DNA of 64,000 bases from contig JBEPYN010000001.1 of NCBI GenBank assembly GCA_041641305.1, positions 352,001-416,000 of the forward strand, written 5' to 3'. This DNA is from Nitrososphaerota archaeon. Lineage in GTDB: Archaea > Thermoproteota > Nitrososphaeria_A > Caldarchaeales > Caldarchaeaceae. The position numbers were made by a program, and so were the translations under genes. Below are positions 18,064 to 27,443 of the stretch, in pieces. Each line of letters opens with the position of its first letter. Within the stretch, counting starts at the first letter, position 1. The notes beneath the pieces are model-generated. The model saw nothing but the letters and a program-made list of their open reading frames with translations. It was not told the DNA's origin and made no database searches.

Positions 18064-19040
18064 ACCGAAAAGAACTCGTAAAAGTTGAAGGGTTGAAAGT
18101 CTACTTTCCCATCAGAAAACTTTTTAAAACCATCGGGTATGTCAGAGCAGTCGACAACGTTCAACTACACATAGATCGTATGGAGACTCTGGCTGTTGTT
18201 GGAGAGAGCGGCTCTGGAAAAACAACTCTTGGCAGAACAATACTCTGTTCAGTGAGGCCAACCGCTGGAAAGGTATTCTTCGACGGGGTTGAAATATCAC
18301 GCCTTGACGAAAAAAGCCTTAAACCGTTTCGCAGAAGGATGTCAGCAGTATTCCAAGACCCTTACTCAAGCCTAAACCCCATGTTCACAGTCTACAAGAT
18401 AGTGGAAGAACCTCTCGTAGTACATCAAATAGGTACTCCAGAAGAAAGAAGAGAAAAAGTGTTCAAAGCTTTGTCTGACGTGAAGCTGACGCCGCCCGAA
18501 GACTTTGCATCCAAGTATCCACACCAAATTAGCGGAGGACAAAGGCAGCGCGTCGCCATCGCACGGGCAATAATTTCCAACCCTGAGTTCATCGTAGCCG
18601 ATGAACCAGTCTCAATGCTCGACGCATCAATCAGGGTGGAAATGCTTCTACTGCTAAAAGATCTTCAGACAAAATACGGGCTCTCAATCCTTTACATAAC
18701 TCATGATATTGCTACGGCTAAGTATTTCTCTGATAGGATTGCTGTTATGTATGGTGGTAAGATTGTGGAGCTTGGCTCGACCAAGGATGTTCTAAGGAAT
18801 CCTCTACATCCCTATACTCGGGCGTTGATTGAGGCTATTCCGGACCCGGACCCGCGTAACAGGCTTGTCATGAGGAACGTCATCTCAGGTGAGCCGCCGA
18901 ACCTAGCAAATCCTCCGACTGGGTGCAGGTTTCATCCACGCTGCCCCAAGTTCATCCAAGGCAAATGCGACTTAGAGGAGCCCGCGTCCTACAAAATAGA
19001 GGGCAGAGAGGTCTCTTGCTTCCTATATGAGACAGAATAA
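18060..19040 (+). CDS. dppF: Peptide ABC transporter ATP-binding subunit (DppF)
   Basis: GESGSGKT, ISGGQRQR, DEPVSMLD, CRFHPRC; ATG 18060 overlaps the dppD stop. Confidence 0.94.
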   Translation: MNRKELVKVEGLKVYFPIRKLFKTIGYVRAVDNVQLHIDRMETLAVVGESGSGKTTLGRTILCSVRPTAGKVFFDGVEISRLDEKSLKPFRRRMSAVFQDPYSSLNPMFTVYKIVEEPLVVHQIGTPEERREKVFKALSDVKLTPPEDFASKYPHQISGGQRQRVAIARAIISNPEFIVADEPVSMLDASIRVEMLLLLKDLQTKYGLSILYITHDIATAKYFSDRIAVMYGGKIVELGSTKDVLRNPLHPYTRALIEAIPDPDPRNRLVMRNVISGEPPNLANPPTGCRFHPRCPKFIQGKCDLEEPASYKIEGREVSCFLYETE

Positions 19041-19069
19041 CTGATGCATGGTCATATTGTTTGCGGTGT

Positions 19070-19849
19070 TTAGCGGTAGGCCCATCCGACGAGACGTTTT
19101 TCGAGGAGTGCGAAGACGAGAAAGAGACTGATCCCTATGAAGGAGATTACGAGGAGGCCTGCGAAGACGAGTGGGACGTCGAAGCGTGATGACGCGGCTA
19201 TCATGAGGTATCCTGTTCCCTCGTTGCTTGCCACTGATTCGGAGATGACTGCGCCGACGAATGCGAGGGTGGATGCCACTTTTAGTGAGCCGAAGAAATA
19301 GGGCATGGACCTCGGTATCCCAATTTTCGTGAATATCTGCGTCTTTGATGCGCCGAGGGAGCGTAGAACATCTCTTATCTCGGGCTCTATTGTGGCGAGT
19401 GCGACGGCGACGTTGACCACTATCGGGAAGAAGGAGATGAGGAAAGCTGTGAGAACCGCGGGCACTTTGCCTATGCCGAACCATATCACGAGAATCGGGA
19501 CGATGGCCACTTTGGGGATTGTGTTGAAGGCTACGAGAAGAGGATACACGGCTCGGTAGATTATGGCCGAGTATCCGACGGCAAGTCCCAGCAAAAGGCC
19601 GAAAACGATTGAGAGCCCGAAACCAATCAAGGTTGCTTCAAGGGTTGCGTAGGAGTGGCGAATGATGACGGGGAAGTTGGCGAGCATAACCTCTACTGTC
19701 CGAGAGGGGGAGGGCAGGATAAACTCGGGAATTGAAAACACTATCGTCACAAGCTCCCATAGAGCGAAGAAGCCGGCGAAAACGGCTATCGGGAGAGCAT
19801 ACTCTTTTACGGCTGAGACAAACAGGGAGGAGAGAGACTGTTTCGACAT
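19070..19849 (-). CDS. NitT/TauT family ABC permease
   Basis: LPSP, PKVAIVP..V.WFG, SLGAS...F. Confidence 0.9.
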   Translation of the reverse strand: MSKQSLSSLFVSAVKEYALPIAVFAGFFALWELVTIVFSIPEFILPSPSRTVEVMLANFPVIIRHSYATLEATLIGFGLSIVFGLLLGLAVGYSAIIYRAVYPLLVAFNTIPKVAIVPILVIWFGIGKVPAVLTAFLISFFPIVVNVAVALATIEPEIRDVLRSLGASKTQIFTKIGIPRSMPYFFGSLKVASTLAFVGAVISESVASNEGTGYLMIAASSRFDVPLVFAGLLVISFIGISLFLVFALLEKRLVGWAYR

Positions 19850-20635
19850 CTACTTCACCTGGATCATTTCACGGAGCCTGTGCATCTGTTCGACGAAACG
19901 CTCCTCATATGTTATATCTATCTCTCTTGGACGCGGGTAGTCGGAGACCATCGAGCCAATTACCGTCCCAGGCCTCTTGCTCATGACATAGATGACGTCT
20001 GACAGGTATATGGCTTCTCTGAGGTCATGAGTCACCATCAATACTGTGCATCGTGTCTGGAGCCAAACGTTTTGAAGCACGTTCCAGAGCTCTTCGCGGG
20101 TGAAGAGGTCGAGGGCTCCGAAAGGCTCGTCGAGCAACAGTATCTCGGGGTCATGTATGAGGGCTCTGCAGAGTGAGACACGCTGCTGCATTCCTCCCGA
20201 AAGCTCCCATGGCTTTTTGTCGGCGAACCCCTCGAGACCAACCAGCCTCAAAAGCCTCAAAGCTTTCTCGACGTAGGTTTTCCTGTTTTTCTGGAGCTGT
20301 GACCTATGTGGCTCTACCACCTCAAGTGGTAGGAGAATGTTCTCGAGCACGGTGCGCCATGGGAGAAGCACCGGGTTCTGGAAAGCCATGCCAACAATCG
20401 GCAGAGGCTTCTCCACGCGTTTACCGTCAACATAGACCTCGCCCTCGGTCGGGCGTAGTAGACCAGACACGATTTTCAAGATTGTTGTTTTGCCGCATCC
20501 GCTGGGGCCTACTATAGACGTGAAACTACCCTTCTCAACCACTATGTTCACATTTCGGAGAGCCTCTAACTCGTTTAAGGTCCTGAACCCTGACTTGGAG
20601 ACATACCTGAGGCTGACGTTTCTAAGCTCTATCAA
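19850..20635 (-). CDS. NitT/TauT family ABC ATP-binding protein
   Basis: GPSGCGKT, LLPW, LSGGMQQR, DEPFGALD. Confidence 0.93.
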   Translation of the reverse strand: MIELRNVSLRYVSKSGFRTLNELEALRNVNIVVEKGSFTSIVGPSGCGKTTILKIVSGLLRPTEGEVYVDGKRVEKPLPIVGMAFQNPVLLPWRTVLENILLPLEVVEPHRSQLQKNRKTYVEKALRLLRLVGLEGFADKKPWELSGGMQQRVSLCRALIHDPEILLLDEPFGALDLFTREELWNVLQNVWLQTRCTVLMVTHDLREAIYLSDVIYVMSKRPGTVIGSMVSDYPRPREIDITYEERFVEQMHRLREMIQVK

Positions 20636-20669
20636 GCGGTTCCCACAGAGATAAAAAATGTGGATGTTT

Positions 20670-21716
20670 TTAGATTGTGCGCTCCTCTTTCGGCGGGAGG
20701 AACCTGTCGGTGAACACTTCGTCTACAGACGGTGTTCTCGGAAGACCGAATGCCTCTACGACGCTTTTGATTGCTCTCTCGAGCCGTGCCTTGTCAACAG
20801 CCCCCAGCCCGTTTCTCCTAACCTCCTCCGTCACCATGTTGTCTCTGATGGCGAGTTTAAGCCTCTCAAGCTCCACGTTTCTGTCAACCAGCGGGTCACG
20901 TTGCTTTACATAGTCAGCGGCCATCTCGGGGTTGGCTATCACCTCCTTGAAAGCGCGGTTCACGGCTCTGACGAACTTTGCCACAGCGTCGGGATACCGC
21001 TCCACAAAGTCTTTCCTAACCATTATAGCGTTTCCATAAAGCTCGACACCGTAGTCGGTGTACTTGAATGCAACTATGTCGCCTGGGTTCACGTTTAAGG
21101 CGAGGAGGTTGAGGTAGCCTGTGAAGTAGAACCCTGTTATGGCGTCGACCTCGCCTTTTACGAGTGAGGGTTCTCTCAACGGCGGCGACATGCTCACCCA
21201 TTCAACCTTGTTGGGGTCTATGCCTGTTGCTTTGGCGAAGACTGGGAAAAGCCGCCTCGGAGCATCACCCTCAGGCGCCCCAATTTTCTTACCCTCCAGA
21301 TCTTTAGGAGATTTGATTCCCTTGTCTTTCAGTGTGATCACGGAGTAGGGCGGGTTGTTTAGGACAACGTACACGGCTATCAATTCTTTACCCGGGTTCT
21401 TGACGTTGAATTCAATCATGGCGTCGAGGCTTCCGTAACCCATTTGATAAGCTCCAGAAGCAACTTTTGTGACTGCGTCGGCCGAGCCGTATCCTCTGTC
21501 CAGAATGACCGCCAAACCCTCCTGCGCAAAATATCCCTTCTCAAGAGCGACAACAAACGGTGCCTGCGGCCCCTGAATCGCCCAGTCGAGGACAAACTTT
21601 ATCGACACAACCTCAGCTCTCTGCGGCGGCATCACGATGGGGCTGAGGAACAATCCAGCGACGAGGCCTATAACGAGGAAGACAACCGCAACACCTACAA
21701 CCTTAACAGACACCAT
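20670..21716 (-). CDS. NMT1/THI5-like ABC substrate-binding protein
   Basis: N-terminal TM, LDW, KGYF..EGL, DLEGK; ATG 21716 with GAGGTGG SD upstream. Confidence 0.88.
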   Translation of the reverse strand: MVSVKVVGVAVVFLVIGLVAGLFLSPIVMPPQRAEVVSIKFVLDWAIQGPQAPFVVALEKGYFAQEGLAVILDRGYGSADAVTKVASGAYQMGYGSLDAMIEFNVKNPGKELIAVYVVLNNPPYSVITLKDKGIKSPKDLEGKKIGAPEGDAPRRLFPVFAKATGIDPNKVEWVSMSPPLREPSLVKGEVDAITGFYFTGYLNLLALNVNPGDIVAFKYTDYGVELYGNAIMVRKDFVERYPDAVAKFVRAVNRAFKEVIANPEMAADYVKQRDPLVDRNVELERLKLAIRDNMVTEEVRRNGLGAVDKARLERAIKSVVEAFGLPRTPSVDEVFTDRFLPPKEERTI

Positions 21717-21865
21717 GGCGCATCCACCTCTACTACTCAATCCTAAATAAGCATTACGAGGGTTGAACATGACTCCCAGCATGCAAAGCATGTTGGGAGA
21801 CGTGGTACTGCTGTTTACATGTTGCGTAACGTCTTTAACCCACTCCACATCACATTGGTGATGTC

Positions 21866-22252
21866 TTGGGAACATGGGAAACATGGTTTGAGAAAGCGAG
21901 AAAATTCATCAAATATGCTGAGGATGATTATCGTCTGGGCCGGTATGATTCAGCCTCTTTTTTCGCACAACAATCCGTAGAAATGCTTCTCAATGGGTTG
22001 CTTTTAGAGAGGACAGGGGCAAGACCATTCACTCACTCCATTTCAGAGATGCTGAACACGCTCTCTCTGGTGTATCAGAAGGATGTTCCACATGATGTTC
22101 TGGTCTGTGCGTCCAAGCTGGAGAGACATTATGCTGCGGCGAGATATCCTGACACCGGAGTAGTTCATTATAATGTGTGGGATGCCGAAGAAGCGCTGGA
22201 ATGTATGAGGAGGATAATCAGGTATGTCGACGAGTTGGGCGAACATATCTAG
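21866..22252 (+). CDS. HEPN domain protein
   Basis: A..D...G.Y..A.F.AQQ.VE..L, THS and Y..ARYPD signature. Confidence 0.9.
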   Translation: MGTWETWFEKARKFIKYAEDDYRLGRYDSASFFAQQSVEMLLNGLLLERTGARPFTHSISEMLNTLSLVYQKDVPHDVLVCASKLERHYAAARYPDTGVVHYNVWDAEEALECMRRIIRYVDELGEHI

Positions 22253-22640
22253 GAAGCTGTCGACGTTGAAGGAGAAGATGTTTGAAGAGATTAGGGATGA
22301 ATTATGTGGAGATTCTTTTCTTGTGATTTTGTTTGGGTCGCGGGCGAGAGGTGAGGAGACTCCGTTAAGTGATTATGATCTTCTAGTAATTAGAGAACAT
22401 GGTGGTGATAGGGTCGTGTTAAAGTGGCCTGCTCAAATCTTCAGCTACACGGTTGACGAGGTGTTTGAGGAGCTGCGGCGTCTCAATACCTTGGTTCTGG
22501 ATGCTGTTTTGGAGGGGCGTTTTCTATGCGGGGATGCACAGCTCTTTGAGAGATTGAGGAAAGAGGCGGAGACAATCGTCGAGAAGAGGCGGTTGAGGAA
22601 GGCTGAGAATGGATGGGTTTTCCGAGACGACGGTGTCTAG
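22224..22640 (+). CDS. Minimal nucleotidyltransferase (MNT), partner of HEPN
   Basis: LFGSRARG....SDYDLL motif; overlaps the HEPN 3' end. Confidence 0.9.
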   Translation: MSTSWANISRKLSTLKEKMFEEIRDELCGDSFLVILFGSRARGEETPLSDYDLLVIREHGGDRVVLKWPAQIFSYTVDEVFEELRRLNTLVLDAVLEGRFLCGDAQLFERLRKEAETIVEKRRLRKAENGWVFRDDGV

Positions 22641-22993
22641 AAGGTGAGGATGGTGAAGCCGTTCAACGCGGCTTCGGCGACGACTGCGGTTGAGTCATCT
22701 GCTATGAAGAGGGTTTTGTCTATTTTTTCCTCGAGTTTGTATACGCGGAGGTTGCCCGCGCATACTGTGCATCTTGCACCTGCTTGGTTCAGTTCTGTTG
22801 CATATTTTTTGACGATGTGGTAGTTTTGGTTTTCGGGGTCGAGGAGAGTGGTTCCTGGTCCGACGAAAAGTAGTTTCACCTCGCTTGCGATTTTTTCCTT
22901 GGCAATGTTTCTGGCTATGCGGAGGCCTTGTCTTGCTTTCTCGAAGTCGTTTGGGCCTGAGAGGATGATGAAGAGGAGGCGGGTCTGGCTCAT
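22637..22993 (-). CDS. DsrE/DsrF-like protein
   Basis: LLFVGPG...VC pattern, 118 aa; overlaps the leuS stop. Confidence 0.7.
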   Translation of the reverse strand: MSQTRLLFIILSGPNDFEKARQGLRIARNIAKEKIASEVKLLFVGPGTTLLDPENQNYHIVKKYATELNQAGARCTVCAGNLRVYKLEEKIDKTLFIADDSTAVVAEAALNGFTILTF

Positions 22994-25926
22994 TTCACTA
23001 CAACGTATATGGCTGGCTTAAGCGGCAGGGCCTGCCTCGCCTTAGCCCTCTCCCTATCATCAGATGCGTCATTCTCACCGTGTAATATCGCCTCTATGCC
23101 GAGCTCGTGTCGGATAAAGTCCGCGAGGTCTTTGACGAGTTTTGCCTCGTTCTCCAGCAGCTGTGCGACCACCGATGCCGGCTGCTGTGTCAGCGAAGAT
23201 GCTTTCTGAGTCAAGTCTCTGATGTGATCGGCTATTTTCCGGATTGTGGCTGGGTCTTGTCTGAGGAGGTCGGGCCTGTTTCTTTTCACCGCCTCGAAGC
23301 CGTTTTGCTCTTGGCTGGATAGCATCACCTTCGCCGCCTCGTGTTTCCACCCAGCTGCGCTGTATAGCTTGACCTCGACGGGCGTGCCTTTCACCAGGCC
23401 CAGAACCTCACGCACATCAGAGACCAGACCCTCTAACACCATTTCCGAGAAAAGCACCCTCGCCCTCTCCATGCCCGTCGATGACCTGGGCCACTCCTGA
23501 AGAGAGGCATATCCCTTTTTTCCTAGCCTCTCCCACGCCTCTTCGGCGGCGAAGGGCGCGAACGGAGAGAGGATGAGAACCCATTTCTCCGCGAACATCT
23601 TTGCCGCACGTGTTATCTTCTCTCCGTTTCTTCTAATGTACCAGCGCCAGTTGTTGAGCATGCCGTAGACAGCTTCGCTGCACGCCGACCTCGTCTTCAG
23701 CTTCTCCAAGTTCTCTGAAACAATCTCGCAGCTTCTATCTGTGGCCGCGAGAAGCCATTCATCGCAGGGCCCCTGTTCATCGCTGGCCTCGTTGGCTATT
23801 TTCTCGATTATTGAGAGGAAGTTTTTGACGAATGCGCCTGCTTCCTCCGCTGCTTTTTCACGCCAGTCAGGGTCGTCAAGGTCCTCGGCGCTTAGTAGAA
23901 GAGCGAGCCTCGTCGCGTCGCTTCCATGCCGTGCAAGGGCCTGCTTGAGCGTCACGAAGTTTCCCCTGCTCTTCGACATCTTGTTTCCCTCGATGGTTAT
24001 CATACCGTTCACCGCCACACCCCTTGGCCAATGCCTCTCCTCGAAAATCCCCGTGTGGTGGAAAAGGTAGAAGGTTAGATGGTTTGCGACGAGATCCTTC
24101 CCCGAAACACGGAGATCTACACCATACCAGTGGAGAAACTCTCTCCTCATGGATTCGATGTGCTCCAGCTCTATGCCGTATTTTTCGGCGAGGCGGCGGG
24201 GGTCTCCCAGCCCGAGGAAAACGTAGTCGAAGACGTCGACGCCGAGCTTTGCAGCCTTCTCGGGGAACTTGTTGAGGATGTTGCTTATTGTGTAGAGTGC
24301 TGGGTAGATGGTTGAGTCGCTGAGCGTCTCTATTATCCATGACGGGTCCCATGGAAGACGTGTGCCTAGACCGGTTCTCCGCGTGCATGCCCAGTCATGA
24401 AGCCAGTCAACAACATTCAGCAGCCAAGACCGCGCAGCCTCCGGATACACATTCATCGAGGAGATGAGACGCTTCACCTTTGCTTTCCACTCCGGGTTTG
24501 AGAAGTTGAGGAACCACTGGTCATCAACAATCTTGACTATGCACTCGTCGCCTGACCTGCAGATGACTTTGCCCGAAAGGTCGTAGAAAACATCGCCGTC
24601 ACCGTTTTGCTTTAGCCGCTCAATGACCTGTTCCCGAGCAGCCGAGACCGAGACACCGCGAAATTCTTCGACAACCATTTTCCCAGAGTAGAACTCCTTG
24701 GAATAGATTTCTCTGGTCAAATCCTCGAGCCGCTCATCCAATTGGCTTGTTATCCCCGCTTTCTCAACCGCATCTACAGCAGGATGCTCTCCCAATCCCG
24801 GTGTCTCTATCACCTTGATGAGCCGTATCATTTCTGCGAGCTTGGGGTCCAATCCTTTTTCCCGCAGCTTGTCGGGGTTTGTTTTGAGTTCTTTGACGGC
24901 GATGTAGTCGTAGGGTGCATGGGCTGGTACGCTGTAGACAACTCCCGTACCGAGCGAGACATCCACAAACTCTGCGGGGAGAATGGGGACACTCCTGCCT
25001 GTGAACGGTGACTTGACATATCTGCCCAGAAGCTCGCGGCCATGTATCTCCTCCAACACTTTGCCAAGACCAAGCTGCTCTCCCAGCTTCGCTGCAGCCT
25101 CCCTGCTCATCATGAGCCTGACACCGTTCCGCTCAACCACCTGGTAAACACCTTCGGGGTGTATCCAGAGGTTTGTCACACCGAATATCGTCTCGGGCCT
25201 CAGAGTAGCGGCCGCGAGCTTAACCCCATCCAGCTCGAAGAAGACCATGGTGTATTCCTCAGGGTATATGCCTTCTCCACGGAGTCTGTCGTGGTCGCCT
25301 GTCGCGCTCTGGCATTTTGGGCACCAGACGACGGGGTGACGTCCCTGAACAAGCATCCCACTGCGCCTAAGCACATGATACTGCCACTCGATGAACCTGC
25401 TATAGTAGGGGTGGAGATCTGTCGTGTGAAATTCGCGGTTCCAGTCAACCGACCAGCCCATCGCGTCCACGACTTTCCTGTTTTCGGCGGTGTAGTATGC
25501 GCAGATGAACTCGGGATGCGTGAAGTGGCTTAGTAGGCTTTCGGGGACGCCGTCTATCTCGAGAAGCATTCTTCTGACGGATTCGTCGCCTTTCTTCAGC
25601 CTCTCGCTGGTCCCTGCCACAGCCTCGCCAGTCCAGTGCCACGCCCATGGAAACAACACGTTATAGCCCCTCATCCGCATGTAGCGTGCGACAGCGTCTC
25701 CGCGCGTGAAAGTGAAGCCGTGCCCGAGGTGGAGAGGACCGTTCTGGTAAGAGTAGGGAACGCAGACGAAAAATTTTCGACGCTGTGGGTCAGGCCTCGC
25801 TTCGAAAATCTTGTCTCTACGCCATCTGCTCACCCACTTTGTTTCATGAGGCTTAGGCGAGGAGATGGGTATGGAACCTCCTAGCCGAAACCCCAGCTCA
25901 AGCAGCTGCTTAACTTCCTCCGTCAA
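22990..25926 (-). CDS. leuS: Leucine--tRNA ligase (archaeal type)
   Basis: HLGH (HIGH), ATLRPET, SVPAHAPYD editing domain, KMSKS. Confidence 0.96.
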   Translation of the reverse strand: MTEEVKQLLELGFRLGGSIPISSPKPHETKWVSRWRRDKIFEARPDPQRRKFFVCVPYSYQNGPLHLGHGFTFTRGDAVARYMRMRGYNVLFPWAWHWTGEAVAGTSERLKKGDESVRRMLLEIDGVPESLLSHFTHPEFICAYYTAENRKVVDAMGWSVDWNREFHTTDLHPYYSRFIEWQYHVLRRSGMLVQGRHPVVWCPKCQSATGDHDRLRGEGIYPEEYTMVFFELDGVKLAAATLRPETIFGVTNLWIHPEGVYQVVERNGVRLMMSREAAAKLGEQLGLGKVLEEIHGRELLGRYVKSPFTGRSVPILPAEFVDVSLGTGVVYSVPAHAPYDYIAVKELKTNPDKLREKGLDPKLAEMIRLIKVIETPGLGEHPAVDAVEKAGITSQLDERLEDLTREIYSKEFYSGKMVVEEFRGVSVSAAREQVIERLKQNGDGDVFYDLSGKVICRSGDECIVKIVDDQWFLNFSNPEWKAKVKRLISSMNVYPEAARSWLLNVVDWLHDWACTRRTGLGTRLPWDPSWIIETLSDSTIYPALYTISNILNKFPEKAAKLGVDVFDYVFLGLGDPRRLAEKYGIELEHIESMRREFLHWYGVDLRVSGKDLVANHLTFYLFHHTGIFEERHWPRGVAVNGMITIEGNKMSKSRGNFVTLKQALARHGSDATRLALLLSAEDLDDPDWREKAAEEAGAFVKNFLSIIEKIANEASDEQGPCDEWLLAATDRSCEIVSENLEKLKTRSACSEAVYGMLNNWRWYIRRNGEKITRAAKMFAEKWVLILSPFAPFAAEEAWERLGKKGYASLQEWPRSSTGMERARVLFSEMVLEGLVSDVREVLGLVKGTPVEVKLYSAAGWKHEAAKVMLSSQEQNGFEAVKRNRPDLLRQDPATIRKIADHIRDLTQKASSLTQQPASVVAQLLENEAKLVKDLADFIRHELGIEAILHGENDASDDRERAKARQALPLKPAIYVVVK

Positions 25927-25961
25927 CCTCTTTGGAGAACCCTTGAGGCCTCTAATTTATG

Positions 25962-26540
25962 TTATGTTATGAAGTGTCCCGACTCGATGTCTGGCATGTC
26001 TCTCTTAAGTCTCTGGGCTGCAACTTCTGAGGCCTCTTTTAGAATAGCCTCGGCCTCGGGGTCAGTGGTTGACGTCCCTATGTAGGTGTCTGAAACGGTG
26101 CCGACGCTCACTGAGAGGTCTTCGAGAAGGTCTTGGACGCCGCGCAGCCCGCTGGAGATCTCGGGCATCACGCCGCCGACATCTTTCTGAACAGCCATAA
26201 CAACTGCCGCGACAGGGCCGATGACCTTCCTCACCTCATTATAGTCTCTGACAGCCTCGAGCCTGAGGACAACACCTTCGAGCGAGGCCTGGCTCCTAAC
26301 CGTCGCATGCATCATCTTACGAAGCTGAGCAAGCTCGTTGGCATAAACAGCTGCGCGCTCCTCATCTTTCTCCATCTTCGCACGGACAATCTGGTTGAAG
26401 AGCTCCCTACCCCTCATCTGCATGGCGCGGGCCTTAGAATCCATCCTGTTCTGAATCGTCATTAGCCTTGTAACTATTTCTGACATCCTCTGGTCAAAAG
26501 GCGGCTTAGGCGGCTCCTTCTTCCTAAACAAGCGAAACAT
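25962..26540 (-). CDS. ESCRT-III / CdvB-like (Snf7 family) paralogue
   Basis: All-helical; ELF..IV.A....D..RA.VYANELAQLRK, MPEIS and EAEAILKEA match archaeal CdvB core; no C-terminal winged helix. Confidence 0.85.
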   Translation of the reverse strand: MFRLFRKKEPPKPPFDQRMSEIVTRLMTIQNRMDSKARAMQMRGRELFNQIVRAKMEKDEERAAVYANELAQLRKMMHATVRSQASLEGVVLRLEAVRDYNEVRKVIGPVAAVVMAVQKDVGGVMPEISSGLRGVQDLLEDLSVSVGTVSDTYIGTSTTDPEAEAILKEASEVAAQRLKRDMPDIESGHFIT

Positions 26541-26628
26541 CTCCGATGGCTTCGATTACCCTCTCTGGGATAAAAATGCTGCATCAAAAAAATTGGGGAT
26601 GTATCTTGGGGTATTATCTTGGGATGGC

Positions 26629-27186
26629 CTACTCTACTCTCTGTCGCCACATCAGTATGTAGCCGAGGCCTCCGCACGCCACTCCAATCGCCAGCAGGAA
26701 GATGAACAACGCAATCCATGTCGGGTAACCCAGCGGAATGCCGTAGAAGATGTTTGTATGGACTTGTCCAGCGTTCCATCCACGGCCGCCTACCTCAGGT
26801 GGAAGCATCGCCGCGCCTCCGAGATACCCGCCAACCATCATCAGCCAAGTTGCTCCAATGACGCCGACGTTCATCAGAATCAGGTGAAGCCACGCGAGGC
26901 CGTTGGCGAGGCCTTTGTAGGGTTTGCCGAGGACGTTCTCGATGTAGTGGTAGAAGAGAGCTGTTACCGCAACGCCGATGACGCCGACTATTAGGTAGCT
27001 AAGATAGCCGACGGTAAACCAATTCCCAGCGCTGCCAAATGCTATCACCCTGCTGAACTCAGGCTTCATGAACCCCAGCTGCCCAATCACCCAGAACAAC
27101 GTGTTACCTACGGCTAAAGCTCCCTGAACATACGCCGCCACAATGAACCTCGAAGCCCACTTTCCCTTAACAACCTCCCGCGCCAT
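26629..27186 (-). CDS. Hypothetical 4-TM membrane protein
   Basis: Four hydrophobic helices, LAWLHL motif; ATG 27186. Confidence 0.7.
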   Translation of the reverse strand: MAREVVKGKWASRFIVAAYVQGALAVGNTLFWVIGQLGFMKPEFSRVIAFGSAGNWFTVGYLSYLIVGVIGVAVTALFYHYIENVLGKPYKGLANGLAWLHLILMNVGVIGATWLMMVGGYLGGAAMLPPEVGGRGWNAGQVHTNIFYGIPLGYPTWIALFIFLLAIGVACGGLGYILMWRQRVE

Positions 27187-27260
27187 CACGCCTGCAATAT
27201 GCATAAAGATGATTAAAACAGTTTATGTACAAACTCATGAAAATGTGCACCACTTTGTAG

Positions 27261-27272
27261 GAAGTATATAAG
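27261..27272 (+). promoter_or_regulatory. TATA-box candidate for tRNA-Arg(GCG)
   Basis: gaagTATATAag about 30 nt upstream of the tRNA. Confidence 0.5.
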
Positions 27273-27297
27273 AAACGGCGTATACAACAGCGGCGAA

Positions 27298-27372
27298 GGG
27301 CCCGTGGCCTAGAATGGATAGGGCGTCGGCCTGCGGAGCCGGAGGTCGTGGGTTCAAGTCCCACCGGGCCCG
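27298..27372 (+). tRNA. tRNA-Arg(GCG), intronless
   Basis: GGGCCCG...TCGGC-CTGCGGA-GCCGG...GTGGG-TTCAAGT-CCCAC-CGGGCCC-G. Confidence 0.96.
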
Positions 27373-27443
27373 AATAATCATTTTATGATTCATGGGATTT
27401 TCCGTGAAGAAATTTATGCGCGTTACATATTTTCCGTGGTGGC

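Noticed and set aside
19023-19484. Arg-rich alternative-frame ORFs (also 23876..24388, and the 45541..45750 extension of livM)
   Set aside because: Off-frame shadows of well-supported genes with no recognisable motifs.
21717-21865. TPP riboswitch upstream of the THI5-like transporter
   Set aside because: No GCUGAGA or other TPP aptamer core is visible on the coding strand.
11598-27372. The two tRNA-Arg genes share an identical 29-nt 3' end in inverted orientation, resembling att sites of an island or invertible segment
   Set aside because: Both are complete tRNAs with different anticodons. No integrase or recombinase is present, and the interval contains core leuS. Isoacceptor similarity explains the match.
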